Assembly: GCA_963796105.1 (NCBI GenBank)
Contig: CAWCKJ010000008.1
Location: 32,001 to 96,000, forward strand
Origin: a candidate division FCPU426 bacterium
GTDB taxonomy: Bacteria > Oederibacteriota > Muellerivitia > Muellerivitales > Muellerivitaceae
Length of the DNA: 64,000 nucleotides
Direction of reading: 5' to 3'
The position numbers and the translations under genes were made by a program. Numbering within the stretch: position 1 is the first letter of the stretch; every line of letters starts with the position of its first letter. Positions 1 to 10,304 of the stretch are shown here, piece by piece. Below the pieces are notes generated by a model that saw only the letters and a program-made list of their open reading frames with translations, was not told where the DNA came from and did no database searches.

Positions 1-1
1 A

Positions 2-1066
2 TTCTTTCAGACTGGGGGCCTTGAGCGAAAACGCGGAGTAATGACCCTTATTTTGGCCATCCTCTTTATGTTGATCGTGTTGGGGATGGGGGTTTTCCGT
101 TACGCACGGGCAAGGCAAACGGATTATTGTTATACTTACGATTATGTCCTAAATGAGTGGAAGTCCCTCCCGAAAAACTCTCTTTTTTATTGCCGTGGAG
201 ATAGCGTAGTATTCCCATCGTGGTATTTTCAATGGGTGGAGGGAAAAAGACCGGACCTATCAGTGGTTGGGGTGGATGGGCTACCCATGGAATGGATCCG
301 CCAAAATCTGGCATTATTCCACCCGGGTCTACAAGTGCCTTTCACAAAAAATCCCGTGGGAAATGAGGCGATTTCGGGAATGGCGAATTGGATGGCTGAG
401 AAAAACTCGGAACTGGAGCTTTATTTCAGTTTTAATCAGCCTGATGAGGGTCTCATGCCTGGAACAAAACTGGTTCCCTATGGTCTCGCGGCCAAGGTTT
501 TTTGGAAGGACCAGAAACCCTTTCTGAATTATTCCCGGGCTGAATACCTCTGGAATGTTTTACGATTACGGTATTTACATGATCCCGCGTTCCCCTTCGA
601 TAAGCGGACCCGTGAGCAGCTTATCGTCAATTACGGAATAAGCCGGAACAGTCTAGGTGTTTATTATGAGGACCTCGGGGATGACGCGAAGGAAAAGCTT
701 TCATCACACCCGAAAATGCAAGATCTATTGACTATACAGAGTGCTTATGAGAAATCTGCAGATCATTTTTCTTGGGTTCGAAATTGGGACCCGTCCGATT
801 CGAAATATGCCTATAACCTAGGAAATTCTTTTTTTCACCTTGGACGGCTTAATGACGCTATGGAGTGTTACCGTACGGCTACAACCTTGGAGTCCGATTA
901 TCCCGAGGCCTACTACAATTGGGCGGTTGCTGCGATGGATAACGGCGATTATCCCCTGGCGGGAAAATTGTTCCAAAAAGCCTTGGAATTAAACCCTGGA
1001 TATGCCGAGGCTAAACGCGGATTGGACTTCGTGGTCCGGAAAACAAGAATAAGCCAGGGCCAATGA
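2..1066 (+). CDS. DUF2723/TMEM260-like membrane glycosyltransferase, C-terminal part with TPRs (5'-partial)
   Basis: Frame is open to the left edge upstream of ATG 41. LPKNSLFYCRGDSVVFPSWYFQWVEGKRPDLSVV resembles the DUF2723 family motif; TPR-like helices YAYNLGNSFFHLGRLNDA and AYYNWAVAAMDNGDYPLA. Confidence 0.7.
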   Translation, partial: FFQTGGLERKRGVMTLILAILFMLIVLGMGVFRYARARQTDYCYTYDYVLNEWKSLPKNSLFYCRGDSVVFPSWYFQWVEGKRPDLSVVGVDGLPMEWIRQNLALFHPGLQVPFTKNPVGNEAISGMANWMAEKNSELELYFSFNQPDEGLMPGTKLVPYGLAAKVFWKDQKPFLNYSRAEYLWNVLRLRYLHDPAFPFDKRTREQLIVNYGISRNSLGVYYEDLGDDAKEKLSSHPKMQDLLTIQSAYEKSADHFSWVRNWDPSDSKYAYNLGNSFFHLGRLNDAMECYRTATTLESDYPEAYYNWAVAAMDNGDYPLAGKLFQKALELNPGYAEAKRGLDFVVRKTRISQGQ

Positions 1067-1224
1067 TCCCTTGATAAAGGTATGTTGGCAAGTATTCAAT
1101 TAAAAAAATCAAATTCCAGGTAATCAAGCCCAGCACTTAAGTGATAGTTTATAAAAATACACCTACATGGGCTTGTTATGGAAGTTTTAAAAATAGCAGG
1201 CATCTTTGGCGAATGTGAATTTCA

Positions 1225-3420
1225 TTATCCGTTGTCGCCAACACCCCACCAACGTGTCAAACGAGGGAATGTTTTGCGCATAATGTAATACTCGTTAAAG
1301 GGGGTGTCATCCGTAAGGAAAATCCGTTTATTCGGGTTAGGCATATTGTAATAATCCCCATCCTTGAAAACCGACGCGGCATAATTCTCGATACTCATGC
1401 CGGCCGGAGCCCACTCCATCATGTCAGCCTTGGCAGTAGGTGGCATTTTCGCGAGCATTTCATTCACCGGAAGTACATTAATAGGTTCCATCGAGGCCAC
1501 AAAATAGTGGCCGAAGAGATAACCTGTAGGAGGTGGAAAAATCTTAATATAGGGAAATGTTGTACAAATGGCGCGCGCAAAAGCATCATTGGTTGCAACA
1601 TCATCACCCAAATACCAAAACTGAAGAAGGCCACCTTTTTTCAAACGGCTTTTCACCGTCTCCAAGAACTCCTTGGTATGCAGAAGGCTTGAACCCGCAG
1701 CTTGCGGGGGAGGAGGGGGATCAAGGGTGATTAAATCGTATTTATCCTCGGTTCTTTTGAGGTATCTTCGACCGTCATCCACTACAATATTGGCATTGGG
1801 CCTTTTCAGTAGCGCTTCCGCGTCATCCCAGTAATACCCAAAGGCATCCCGGACGCTAGGAACTAGTTCTACCGCCGTTGTTGAAACGTTCCAACTCAGC
1901 AGTGAGCGGAAGGTCGTGCCCATCCCAAAACAAATGACCAACGCTTTTTCAGGCTTGTGATTCATTAGGCAAAAGGGCAAGTGGGCCATAAACTTGGTAA
2001 CGGCACAGAGAGAAGTAATGCCAACCCCATTCACCAATAAACCACGATTCATTCCCGATTCATACGAGATGACGGTCGCCGCATAATCCCTGCGAGTCAC
2101 ACCCTTCTGAATCGTCTCGTAACTTTCACTGTACCCAATTGATATGATCATCAACACTATGGCCAGGGCTTGCAACCCCAGTCTTGGGAATGTTATCGAT
2201 TTTAAATAGGTTAGTCCCAGGATGATAAATGGAGCCGCCAACACCACCAGCGCCATTTTTGCCCCCAGCCAAGGTAGAAGAATGTATGAAGCCAACAAAG
2301 GCCCCAAAATACAACCAATCACATTAACCGCATATGCTTTGCCAGCGCTTTTGGGATTCCCACCTGAAAGGTCGTCCACCAGTTTGGGCGTTAAGTAACC
2401 CAAAATCGCGCAAAAAGGCAAGATCGTCAACAGCACTCCCGGTATGGATTTGTTCAATCGCGGATCGCTTAAAACAACCGGGAAAAATGAGGAAACCGCC
2501 AAAAACGCAAGAAGGATTTGATTCGTGAAGCTTTTCCCGACAGCCAAACCTTTTCTGTAAACCATCGACCCCAACCATGTGGCCAGGAGATAGGTGAAGA
2601 GGATCGCCCCAAAAGAATAAACCTGGGTTTGAAGGATGGTAGTGAATGCCCTCGTCCAAATGACCTCCATCGCCATGGACAAGAAACCCGTCAAGAATAG
2701 AATGATTACCATGAAATAAGTCTCCGGCCTCCAGAGGGGCTGGGTTTCAGGAGCGGTTTCCGGTTTCTTTGCGGCTTTGGGAATAATTTGGGGAGGAGGG
2801 GCTTGTTTCCCTAATCCCAAACCAAGGTTGGCCACGATGAAATTCAAGACAGCCCCGACGGTGAGAGTGCCCGTAAAACCGAAAAGTTCAATCAGCGCTA
2901 TAACGGTGATAAAAGTTCCTGTCAGCGCGCCTAGGACATTGGCTAAATATAAAAAGCTAAAACTGGTGGTATGGGCTTGGGAGGTTTCCTTTACGTAAGC
3001 CATCATGAATGGAAAGGTGGCTCCCATACAAATACACCAGGGAAGGATGGATACTACAATGCAGACGGCCGAGGCTAAAAGGTAACTCCAGGAATCCATC
3101 TCCCCCAGTTTTAAAAGCGAAGTAGAACTAGCGTTAAAGAGAAAGGGAACCGCAAAAGCCCCCACACCAATGAGAAACTCAATGAGTGCATAGAGATAGA
3201 TGGGGGAAAGTTGATACTTTCGGGCAATCCGGGATACTAAAATCCCGGCAAACCAAGACCCCAATGCTAGTCCCAGCATAAAAACTGAGATGACCACCGA
3301 GAGTACGGGCGTATTGACGCCAAAAGACGCGAATGCAAGCCGGACCCACACAATTTGGTACAACAATCCGCAGAATCCAGAACAGAAAAACATGAAGAAA
3401 AGCGTCTTATTTTTAAACAT
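1225..3420 (-). CDS. Membrane-fused spermidine-synthase-like / class I SAM-fold protein, copy 1
   Basis: Polytopic N-terminus (FFCSGFCGLLYQIVWVR, GATFP, LYLANVLG) then ICFGMGTT, VELVP, DDGRRYL, YDLITLDPPPP, LTDDTPFNEY. Start set at ATG 3420 behind an AAAGGA RBS. Confidence 0.85.
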   Translation of the reverse strand: MFKNKTLFFMFFCSGFCGLLYQIVWVRLAFASFGVNTPVLSVVISVFMLGLALGSWFAGILVSRIARKYQLSPIYLYALIEFLIGVGAFAVPFLFNASSTSLLKLGEMDSWSYLLASAVCIVVSILPWCICMGATFPFMMAYVKETSQAHTTSFSFLYLANVLGALTGTFITVIALIELFGFTGTLTVGAVLNFIVANLGLGLGKQAPPPQIIPKAAKKPETAPETQPLWRPETYFMVIILFLTGFLSMAMEVIWTRAFTTILQTQVYSFGAILFTYLLATWLGSMVYRKGLAVGKSFTNQILLAFLAVSSFFPVVLSDPRLNKSIPGVLLTILPFCAILGYLTPKLVDDLSGGNPKSAGKAYAVNVIGCILGPLLASYILLPWLGAKMALVVLAAPFIILGLTYLKSITFPRLGLQALAIVLMIISIGYSESYETIQKGVTRRDYAATVISYESGMNRGLLVNGVGITSLCAVTKFMAHLPFCLMNHKPEKALVICFGMGTTFRSLLSWNVSTTAVELVPSVRDAFGYYWDDAEALLKRPNANIVVDDGRRYLKRTEDKYDLITLDPPPPPQAAGSSLLHTKEFLETVKSRLKKGGLLQFWYLGDDVATNDAFARAICTTFPYIKIFPPPTGYLFGHYFVASMEPINVLPVNEMLAKMPPTAKADMMEWAPAGMSIENYAASVFKDGDYYNMPNPNKRIFLTDDTPFNEYYIMRKTFPRLTRWWGVGDNG

Positions 3421-3560
3421 GCAAAGTCCTTTCTTGCTATAGCCTATTGGCATCTCTAGGTTTTGAATTCTCGACGAAAAGTACCAAAGGGTTGCTGCCT
3501 GTTCTACGAATAAAAAATCCTTAATATATTACCCTAAATTTCCTTTCTGAATGGAAGAAA
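1225..3560. repeat. 2.3-kb direct repeat, copy 1 (pairs with 7837..10172)
   Basis: Constant offset of 6612 nt; appears identical over 2082..3560, including 140 nt upstream of the gene; diverged over 1513..2081 and near the stop codon. Confidence 0.95.
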
Positions 3561-4096
3561 TCAGAAAAATAATACATTTTTTTATGTCAAAATATCGTTA
3601 AGAAAGGATGTATAAAAGAATTAATAACAAAATATTAGTAATTGATCTCAAATTAAACATCTCAAACAAATGCTCAAGATCTGGTCATGGTTTAATGATT
3701 TCAAATATGAACTTTAGAACGGGCGGAGTGAGAAATTGAATTTTGAAAAATTAATAAAAGGCCAACATTAATATCAAGGTGCTTGCATTTTAAAAAAAGA
3801 ATGAAAACACATAAAGATTAAACAGGAAACTTTAACTTTCATTTTCTGATCAAGTTTATGCATTAACGCTAAAAGCGAATTAGTTGAATTGTAAAAGTAA
3901 GATTCAATATTGGATATAAATTAAAATTCCAATCATTCTTCTGGTTTACAACTGGGAAGAGACAAATTATGCTATCCAAAAATTAATTTTAACAAATTGA
4001 AATTCGCAACATATTTATCTAAGTATTTTGAGAGAGATCTAAATATCGGAAGGAAATGGCATAAGTTTGTATATTGATTTTAATTAAGGAGAGTTC

Positions 4097-6571
4097 ATGC
4101 GTTCCAAACGTAGAACTAAAATTATTAAGAAAAATAATGTGAGTATTAAAAAAAGGACGAACGTTCTTCCGCCGGAACCACTGAAACCGGAAGTCATAAT
4201 TCCAAAGAATGATTCGTTAAGGAAAATATTTTATAAGATTATAATTTCATTATTGCTTTTTGGGGGAATAAGGTTGATTTATTTCCCAATTTCCTTGAAT
4301 TTGACATTATCGGGAATTGGATTGTTGATTATTTCCATTTTCGCCTTATCAAAACACATGCCCGATGGACAAGGCGCACCGCTCATATCCCGATTTCTTT
4401 CCGAAAATGAAGTTGCGGGGCTTAATTCGTCGAGATTTATTACCGCCTTTTGTGTTTTATTATCAATTTTTTTCTTCATCGTGGCTAATCGAAAATTGCA
4501 AACATTAAATCCAGAACAAACAGTTTATGGCGGCTATTGGTTCATTTGGGTTGCGTTACTTTTTCTTGCGTTTCTTCCTCTGAAGTACCTGGATAGAAAA
4601 ATTCGTAATGAAGAAAGAGAAGATCCCTCCCAATGGAAAAAATGGCATGTCTTTATTCTTTTAGGCGTAGGGGCTTTTTTCCTTTTTTACCACTTGGACC
4701 GTTGGCCCAATTTAATGACCATAGATGGCGTTCAATATATGGCCGATGAAATTAATTTTTACAGCGGGCATCACATTACCCCTTTTAGAACTTATGGAAT
4801 GATCATTACGGGTTTACCCACCATGTTAACCGGTTTGTTCTTCAAGATTGCAGGGGTATCCTATTTTTCCGTTATTCTTTTTCCTGTCCTGATAACATTA
4901 ATTTGCTTACCTTTTTTGTATGGTTTTTATCGGTATTTTCTTCCAGGCGAGTTTGCTTTTTTAGGCGCTCTATTAACGGTGATGTCCCGCTGGGTCCTTT
5001 TCCAAGTGAGGAATGCTCATGTGGCAAATTTAGTTGTCGGAGTGGAAGCGGCATGCCTTTATTTTTTTATCAGTGCCATTGAAACCGGAAAGAAAAAATA
5101 TTTTATTTGGTTCGGCCTATCTTTGGCACTTTTTTTCCATCTTTATCTTGCAGCCCAATTGATGACGGTGTTTTTAATAACGTTCTTTCTTTGCGTTTCA
5201 TTATTTTCTTATAAGAATATTCTTCGAAATAAATATCAATGGTTGTTCGCTTGGAGTATTTTTGTTTTGTTTGTTTTGCCCTTATGTATATGGTATTTGC
5301 AAAATCCCAATGAAATAACCTCGCGTCCTGCAGAAGTCAATATTTTCAACCATCTGAGTTTAAAGACTGAGCATGGGATGGATTTACTTTGGAACAATTT
5401 TCGGGACGCAATGGCGATGTTTAATGTTTTTGGTACAGGCCTTCCGAATTTTAATCTACCTTGGGTTCCCATGTTAGATCCCCTTACTGGATTCTGTTTA
5501 TGGGTAGGATTAGCTTGGTGTTTATTCCAATTAAATAAATGGCCCTATTTTTTCGCAATATTAGGGTTTTCTTTTAGCTTTATAGGAGTTGTCCTTGCGA
5601 CGCCTTGGCCAGCCAGCCCTATGAGAGGGATCACAAACGTTTCATTTTGTCTTTTATTCGCAATGATTGGTGCTGATCGATTAATACGTTTTATTTGTTT
5701 AGCTTTTTATGAAATTAGAAATCAGTTGCGAATACTTTTATTGGTATGCATTGCTGGAATTGCGGCTTTCTGGAATTACGATGTTTATTTTCAAAAGACC
5801 TCTAAATCGCCAGCTATTTTAGAAGCGGGTGCACATTTGGGCCTTTTAGCAGGTCAAACTCTCGGAAAATATCCCTCGGGTTGGGACTTGTATTTCACCA
5901 CCCAAGGAGAACTGGTGGATGATTTGAGATATAAACAAGATATGACTTATAAAAAAGGAACCCTTCATAGTTTCAGGCCAATACCTCCATACATGCCGAT
6001 TCAAGATATCCCCGAAAAGGGAGCAGTTATTATGACTAGTCCCGATGGTTTGGTTTTTTCGGATTGGTTCGAATATTTCTACCCGCGCGTTAAAAGATAT
6101 TTAGTAAATGATGCCTTAGATAGGCTCGCCTATTGTGTTTGGGAAATGACCCCGGATGATATAAGGGAAAGCTTGAAATTGTCAAAATCCAATCCTCCTG
6201 GCGGAGTGCATGTCATGGCGTATTTGCCCAACGGCCGCCGATCGCCCAAGGAAAAATGGCCAACACTCTTTGATCTTCAAGAGTGGGTAAACCCCTGGAC
6301 GGATTTAGATAAATGTGTTGTTGAAGGATATTTAAAGTTAACCAATAGACCCCTATGGTTAAAAGCCCAAGGACGAGCCGTAATATATATTAATAACATT
6401 AAGATAGGTGAAATTCCAGCAGCTGGACCTTCGGATTTTTATTTCCCCAAATTGACTAAAAAGTCCCACTTGAGGGTTGAGTACACCCCAAATAATCATC
6501 AATTTTCTTTTAAAGGCCTCTTTTATAATGACGGGGATTGGAAACCAGTGCCTTCAAGCGCTTGGGAGTAA
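4097..6571 (+). CDS. ArnT/PMT-like (GT-C fold, GT39/GT83-type) membrane glycosyltransferase
   Basis: 824 aa, many TM segments, PMLDPLTG motif shared in position with the 14389 and 17460 genes, soluble C-terminal domain; AGGAG RBS. Confidence 0.7.
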   Translation: MRSKRRTKIIKKNNVSIKKRTNVLPPEPLKPEVIIPKNDSLRKIFYKIIISLLLFGGIRLIYFPISLNLTLSGIGLLIISIFALSKHMPDGQGAPLISRFLSENEVAGLNSSRFITAFCVLLSIFFFIVANRKLQTLNPEQTVYGGYWFIWVALLFLAFLPLKYLDRKIRNEEREDPSQWKKWHVFILLGVGAFFLFYHLDRWPNLMTIDGVQYMADEINFYSGHHITPFRTYGMIITGLPTMLTGLFFKIAGVSYFSVILFPVLITLICLPFLYGFYRYFLPGEFAFLGALLTVMSRWVLFQVRNAHVANLVVGVEAACLYFFISAIETGKKKYFIWFGLSLALFFHLYLAAQLMTVFLITFFLCVSLFSYKNILRNKYQWLFAWSIFVLFVLPLCIWYLQNPNEITSRPAEVNIFNHLSLKTEHGMDLLWNNFRDAMAMFNVFGTGLPNFNLPWVPMLDPLTGFCLWVGLAWCLFQLNKWPYFFAILGFSFSFIGVVLATPWPASPMRGITNVSFCLLFAMIGADRLIRFICLAFYEIRNQLRILLLVCIAGIAAFWNYDVYFQKTSKSPAILEAGAHLGLLAGQTLGKYPSGWDLYFTTQGELVDDLRYKQDMTYKKGTLHSFRPIPPYMPIQDIPEKGAVIMTSPDGLVFSDWFEYFYPRVKRYLVNDALDRLAYCVWEMTPDDIRESLKLSKSNPPGGVHVMAYLPNGRRSPKEKWPTLFDLQEWVNPWTDLDKCVVEGYLKLTNRPLWLKAQGRAVIYINNIKIGEIPAAGPSDFYFPKLTKKSHLRVEYTPNNHQFSFKGLFYNDGDWKPVPSSAWE

Positions 6572-6610
6572 AGTCTGAAAAGCATTCACGAATATTATCT
6601 TGATTTATAA

Positions 6611-7664
6611 GTTAGGCTCAAGTTTCTAGTGCAACACCATTATCCTCAGAGGAGGGGGTGCTTGCACAATGGAAAAGTACCGTCGTTACAGTTTTGAAGA
6701 ACGGGAAGAATTGAGTCGTGGTCTTTCCCGGGGTGAGAGTCTGTGTCAAATAGCACGTCTATTAGGACGGCATACATCGACTTTATGCCGCGAAATCCGA
6801 CGAAATACCTGTAATCCTAATCTTTATCGAGCGGTTTTGGTGCACGGTGAAGCCCAAATCCGCAGGGCTGTCCGAAAAAGGAAGTTGAACCAGCATCCCC
6901 GTTTGAGAGAATATGTGTTCACGAAGCTTGCGCTACGGTGGTCACCAGAGCAGATCTCCCAGGCGCTTCGGCGAGAATTCCTACGGGATGAAAACATGCA
7001 TATCTCACACGAGGCTATCTACACCTATTTGTATGTGTTGCCCAGGGGAGAGCTGAAAAAAACACTGGTTGGGTATTTGAGACGGAAACGCAAAGCCCGT
7101 CGAAAAAGGACCGGACTAAAAGAGCAACGGGGCCAAATCCCTGAAATAATCAGCATTGAGGAGCGTCCCGCCGAGGTAGCAGATCGAAGTATTCCCGGTC
7201 ATTGGGAAGGCGATCTTCTAATGGGAAAAGACCATCGGTCGGCGCTTGGAACACTTGTGGAAAGAAAGATCCGGTGGGTGTATCTCGTGCCGCTCAAAGA
7301 CAAGGATGCGGAGAGTGTTCGCAAGTCCTTCAGTAAGGCCATTTTGAGGCTGCCCAAGAGCCTGCGCAAGAGCATGACGTACGATCAGGGTAAGGAGATG
7401 GCGGAGCACAAACTGTTTACGAAAAAAAAGAAAGTAAAAGTATATTTCGCCCATCCGGGTTGTCCATGGGAACGAGGCACCTGCGAGAACACGAATGGAT
7501 TGATACGACAGTTCTTTCCAAAGGGGACGGATTTCAACAAGTTTTCATTAAAAGAGATTCGGTGGGTCGAGAAGCTACTAAACGAAAGGCCGAGAAAAGT
7601 TTTGGGGTTTAGAACACCCCAAGAAGTCATTGCAGGGATGTTGCGCTAGAAGATTGAATCCGCC
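6611..7664 (+). mobile_element. IS30-family insertion sequence
   Basis: Imperfect 26-bp IRs (GTTAGGCTCAAGTTTCTAGTGCAACA / TGTTGCGCTAGAAGATTGAATCCGCC) flanked by TAA at 6608-6610 and 7665-7667. Confidence 0.9.
6669..7649 (+). CDS. IS30-family transposase
   Basis: N-terminal HTH (IARLLGRHTSTLCREIRRN), WSPEQIS, DDE motifs GHWEGD, TYDQGKEM, ENTNGLIRQFFPKG. Confidence 0.95.
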   Translation: MEKYRRYSFEEREELSRGLSRGESLCQIARLLGRHTSTLCREIRRNTCNPNLYRAVLVHGEAQIRRAVRKRKLNQHPRLREYVFTKLALRWSPEQISQALRREFLRDENMHISHEAIYTYLYVLPRGELKKTLVGYLRRKRKARRKRTGLKEQRGQIPEIISIEERPAEVADRSIPGHWEGDLLMGKDHRSALGTLVERKIRWVYLVPLKDKDAESVRKSFSKAILRLPKSLRKSMTYDQGKEMAEHKLFTKKKKVKVYFAHPGCPWERGTCENTNGLIRQFFPKGTDFNKFSLKEIRWVEKLLNERPRKVLGFRTPQEVIAGMLR

Positions 7665-7836
7665 TAATGAAAAACTCATCGAGGAAAAATTGGTTGAATC
7701 ATTATTCTATTTCTTTTGGTTCAAATATAGGGCTGAAGAATTTGGCGAATTAATAAGCAATTAATTTAAAAAATCTATAATTGTGTTTAAATTTAATAGG
7801 CAATTGGTGGATTATCTCCGTAAATGGTTTGCGAAG

Positions 7837-10032
7837 TTATCCGTTGTCGCCAACACCCCACCACCGAGTAAAATGGGGAAATGTGTGCCGCATAATGTAA
7901 TACTCGTTAAAGGGGGTGTCATCCGTAAGGAAAATCCGTTTATTCGGGTTAGGCATATTGTAATAATCCCCATCCTTGAAAACCGACGCGGCATAATTCT
8001 CGATACTCATGCCGGCCGGAGCCCACTCCATCATGTCAGCCTTGGCAGTAGGTGGCATTTTCGCGAGCATTTCATTCACCGGAAGTACATTAATAGGTTC
8101 CATCGAGGCCACAAAATAGTGGCCATAAGGACCAGGAGGAGGAGCTGCGAAAATCTTAATGTACGGAAAAGTCATGCAGATAGCTCGTGCAAAAGCGTCA
8201 TTGGTTGCAACATCAGAGCCCAAATACCAAAACTGGAGGATTCCGCCTTTTTTCAAACGGCTTTTCACCGTCTCCAAGAACTCCTTGGAGTGCAATAAGC
8301 TAGAACCCGCTGTTTCCGGGGGAGGAGGGGGATCAATCGTAATCAAGTCGTATTGTTCCTCGGTTCTTTTGAGGTATCTTCGACCGTCATCGATGACAAT
8401 CTTGGCATTGGGCCTTTTCAATAACGCTTCTGCGTCGTCGCAATAATATCCAAAGGCATCCCGGACGCTAGGAACTAGTTCTACCGCCGTTGTGGAAATG
8501 TTCCAACTCAGCAGTGAGCGGAAGGTCGTGCCCATCCCAAAACAAATGACCAACGCTTTTTCAGGCTTGTGATTCATTAGGCATAAAGGCAAGTGGGCCA
8601 TGTATTTGGTAACGGGGGTCAAATTGGTAATTCCAACTCCGTTTACCAACAATCCCCGGCTCATACCCGACTCATACGATATGACGGTCGCCACATAATC
8701 CCTGCGAGTCACACCCTTCTGAATCGTCTCGTAACTTTCACTGTACCCAATTGATATGATCATCAACACTATGGCCAGGGCTTGCAACCCCAGTCTTGGG
8801 AATGTTATCGATTTTAAATAGGTTAGTCCCAGGATGATAAATGGAGCCGCCAACACCACCAGCGCCATTTTTGCCCCCAGCCAAGGTAGAAGAATGTATG
8901 AAGCCAACAAAGGCCCCAAAATACAACCAATCACATTAACCGCATATGCTTTGCCAGCGCTTTTGGGATTCCCACCTGAAAGGTCGTCCACCAGTTTGGG
9001 CGTTAAGTAACCCAAAATCGCGCAAAAAGGCAAGATCGTCAACAGCACTCCCGGTATGGATTTGTTCAATCGCGGATCGCTTAAAACAACCGGGAAAAAT
9101 GAGGAAACCGCCAAAAACGCAAGAAGGATTTGATTCGTGAAGCTTTTCCCGACAGCCAAACCTTTTCTGTAAACCATCGACCCCAACCATGTGGCCAGGA
9201 GATAGGTGAAGAGGATCGCCCCAAAAGAATAAACCTGGGTTTGAAGGATGGTAGTGAATGCCCTCGTCCAAATGACCTCCATCGCCATGGACAAGAAACC
9301 CGTCAAGAATAGAATGATTACCATGAAATAAGTCTCCGGCCTCCAGAGGGGCTGGGTTTCAGGAGCGGTTTCCGGTTTCTTTGCGGCTTTGGGAATAATT
9401 TGGGGAGGAGGGGCTTGTTTCCCTAATCCCAAACCAAGGTTGGCCACGATGAAATTCAAGACAGCCCCGACGGTGAGAGTGCCCGTAAAACCGAAAAGTT
9501 CAATCAGCGCTATAACGGTGATAAAAGTTCCTGTCAGCGCGCCTAGGACATTGGCTAAATATAAAAAGCTAAAACTGGTGGTATGGGCTTGGGAGGTTTC
9601 CTTTACGTAAGCCATCATGAATGGAAAGGTGGCTCCCATACAAATACACCAGGGAAGGATGGATACTACAATGCAGACGGCCGAGGCTAAAAGGTAACTC
9701 CAGGAATCCATCTCCCCCAGTTTTAAAAGCGAAGTAGAACTAGCGTTAAAGAGAAAGGGAACCGCAAAAGCCCCCACACCAATGAGAAACTCAATGAGTG
9801 CATAGAGATAGATGGGGGAAAGTTGATACTTTCGGGCAATCCGGGATACTAAAATCCCGGCAAACCAAGACCCCAATGCTAGTCCCAGCATAAAAACTGA
9901 GATGACCACCGAGAGTACGGGCGTATTGACGCCAAAAGACGCGAATGCAAGCCGGACCCACACAATTTGGTACAACAATCCGCAGAATCCAGAACAGAAA
10001 AACATGAAGAAAAGCGTCTTATTTTTAAACAT
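7837..10032 (-). CDS. Membrane-fused spermidine-synthase-like / class I SAM-fold protein, copy 2
   Basis: Same length and motifs as copy 1; about 30 amino-acid differences by eye, all in the soluble domain. Confidence 0.85.
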   Translation of the reverse strand: MFKNKTLFFMFFCSGFCGLLYQIVWVRLAFASFGVNTPVLSVVISVFMLGLALGSWFAGILVSRIARKYQLSPIYLYALIEFLIGVGAFAVPFLFNASSTSLLKLGEMDSWSYLLASAVCIVVSILPWCICMGATFPFMMAYVKETSQAHTTSFSFLYLANVLGALTGTFITVIALIELFGFTGTLTVGAVLNFIVANLGLGLGKQAPPPQIIPKAAKKPETAPETQPLWRPETYFMVIILFLTGFLSMAMEVIWTRAFTTILQTQVYSFGAILFTYLLATWLGSMVYRKGLAVGKSFTNQILLAFLAVSSFFPVVLSDPRLNKSIPGVLLTILPFCAILGYLTPKLVDDLSGGNPKSAGKAYAVNVIGCILGPLLASYILLPWLGAKMALVVLAAPFIILGLTYLKSITFPRLGLQALAIVLMIISIGYSESYETIQKGVTRRDYVATVISYESGMSRGLLVNGVGITNLTPVTKYMAHLPLCLMNHKPEKALVICFGMGTTFRSLLSWNISTTAVELVPSVRDAFGYYCDDAEALLKRPNAKIVIDDGRRYLKRTEEQYDLITIDPPPPPETAGSSLLHSKEFLETVKSRLKKGGILQFWYLGSDVATNDAFARAICMTFPYIKIFAAPPPGPYGHYFVASMEPINVLPVNEMLAKMPPTAKADMMEWAPAGMSIENYAASVFKDGDYYNMPNPNKRIFLTDDTPFNEYYIMRHTFPHFTRWWGVGDNG

Positions 10033-10172
10033 GCAAAGTCCTTTCTTGCTATAGCCTATTGGCATCTCTAGGTTTTGAATTCTCGACGAAAAGTACCAAA
10101 GGGTTGCTGCCTGTTCTACGAATAAAAAATCCTTAATATATTACCCTAAATTTCCTTTCTGAATGGAAGAAA
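7837..10172. repeat. 2.3-kb direct repeat, copy 2
   Basis: Matches 1225..3560; identity stops abruptly after GAATGGAAGAAA at 10172. Confidence 0.95.
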
Positions 10173-10304
10173 ACCTTATAATTAGTTCTCATAATATGGT
10201 TTGGTGCATAAATTCGCATTTCCAGGTGGTGGAAATCGCCCTCAAAATAATAGCCATTTTATTCTGCCGATCAAATTATTCATTGCCGTAAAAAAGAGGT
10301 TTTA

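Noticed and set aside
3561..4096. Hidden ncRNA or small gene in the long AT-rich spacer
   Set aside because: No stable structure, repeat or convincing ORF seen; consistent with divergent promoter DNA.
1513..8693. Diversity-generating retroelement template/variable pair between the duplicated genes
   Set aside because: Differences are not adenine-specific, many are synonymous, and no reverse transcriptase is in the window.
1225..10172. Composite transposon explaining the duplication
   Set aside because: Only one IS30 is present, it lies between the copies and has its own target duplication.
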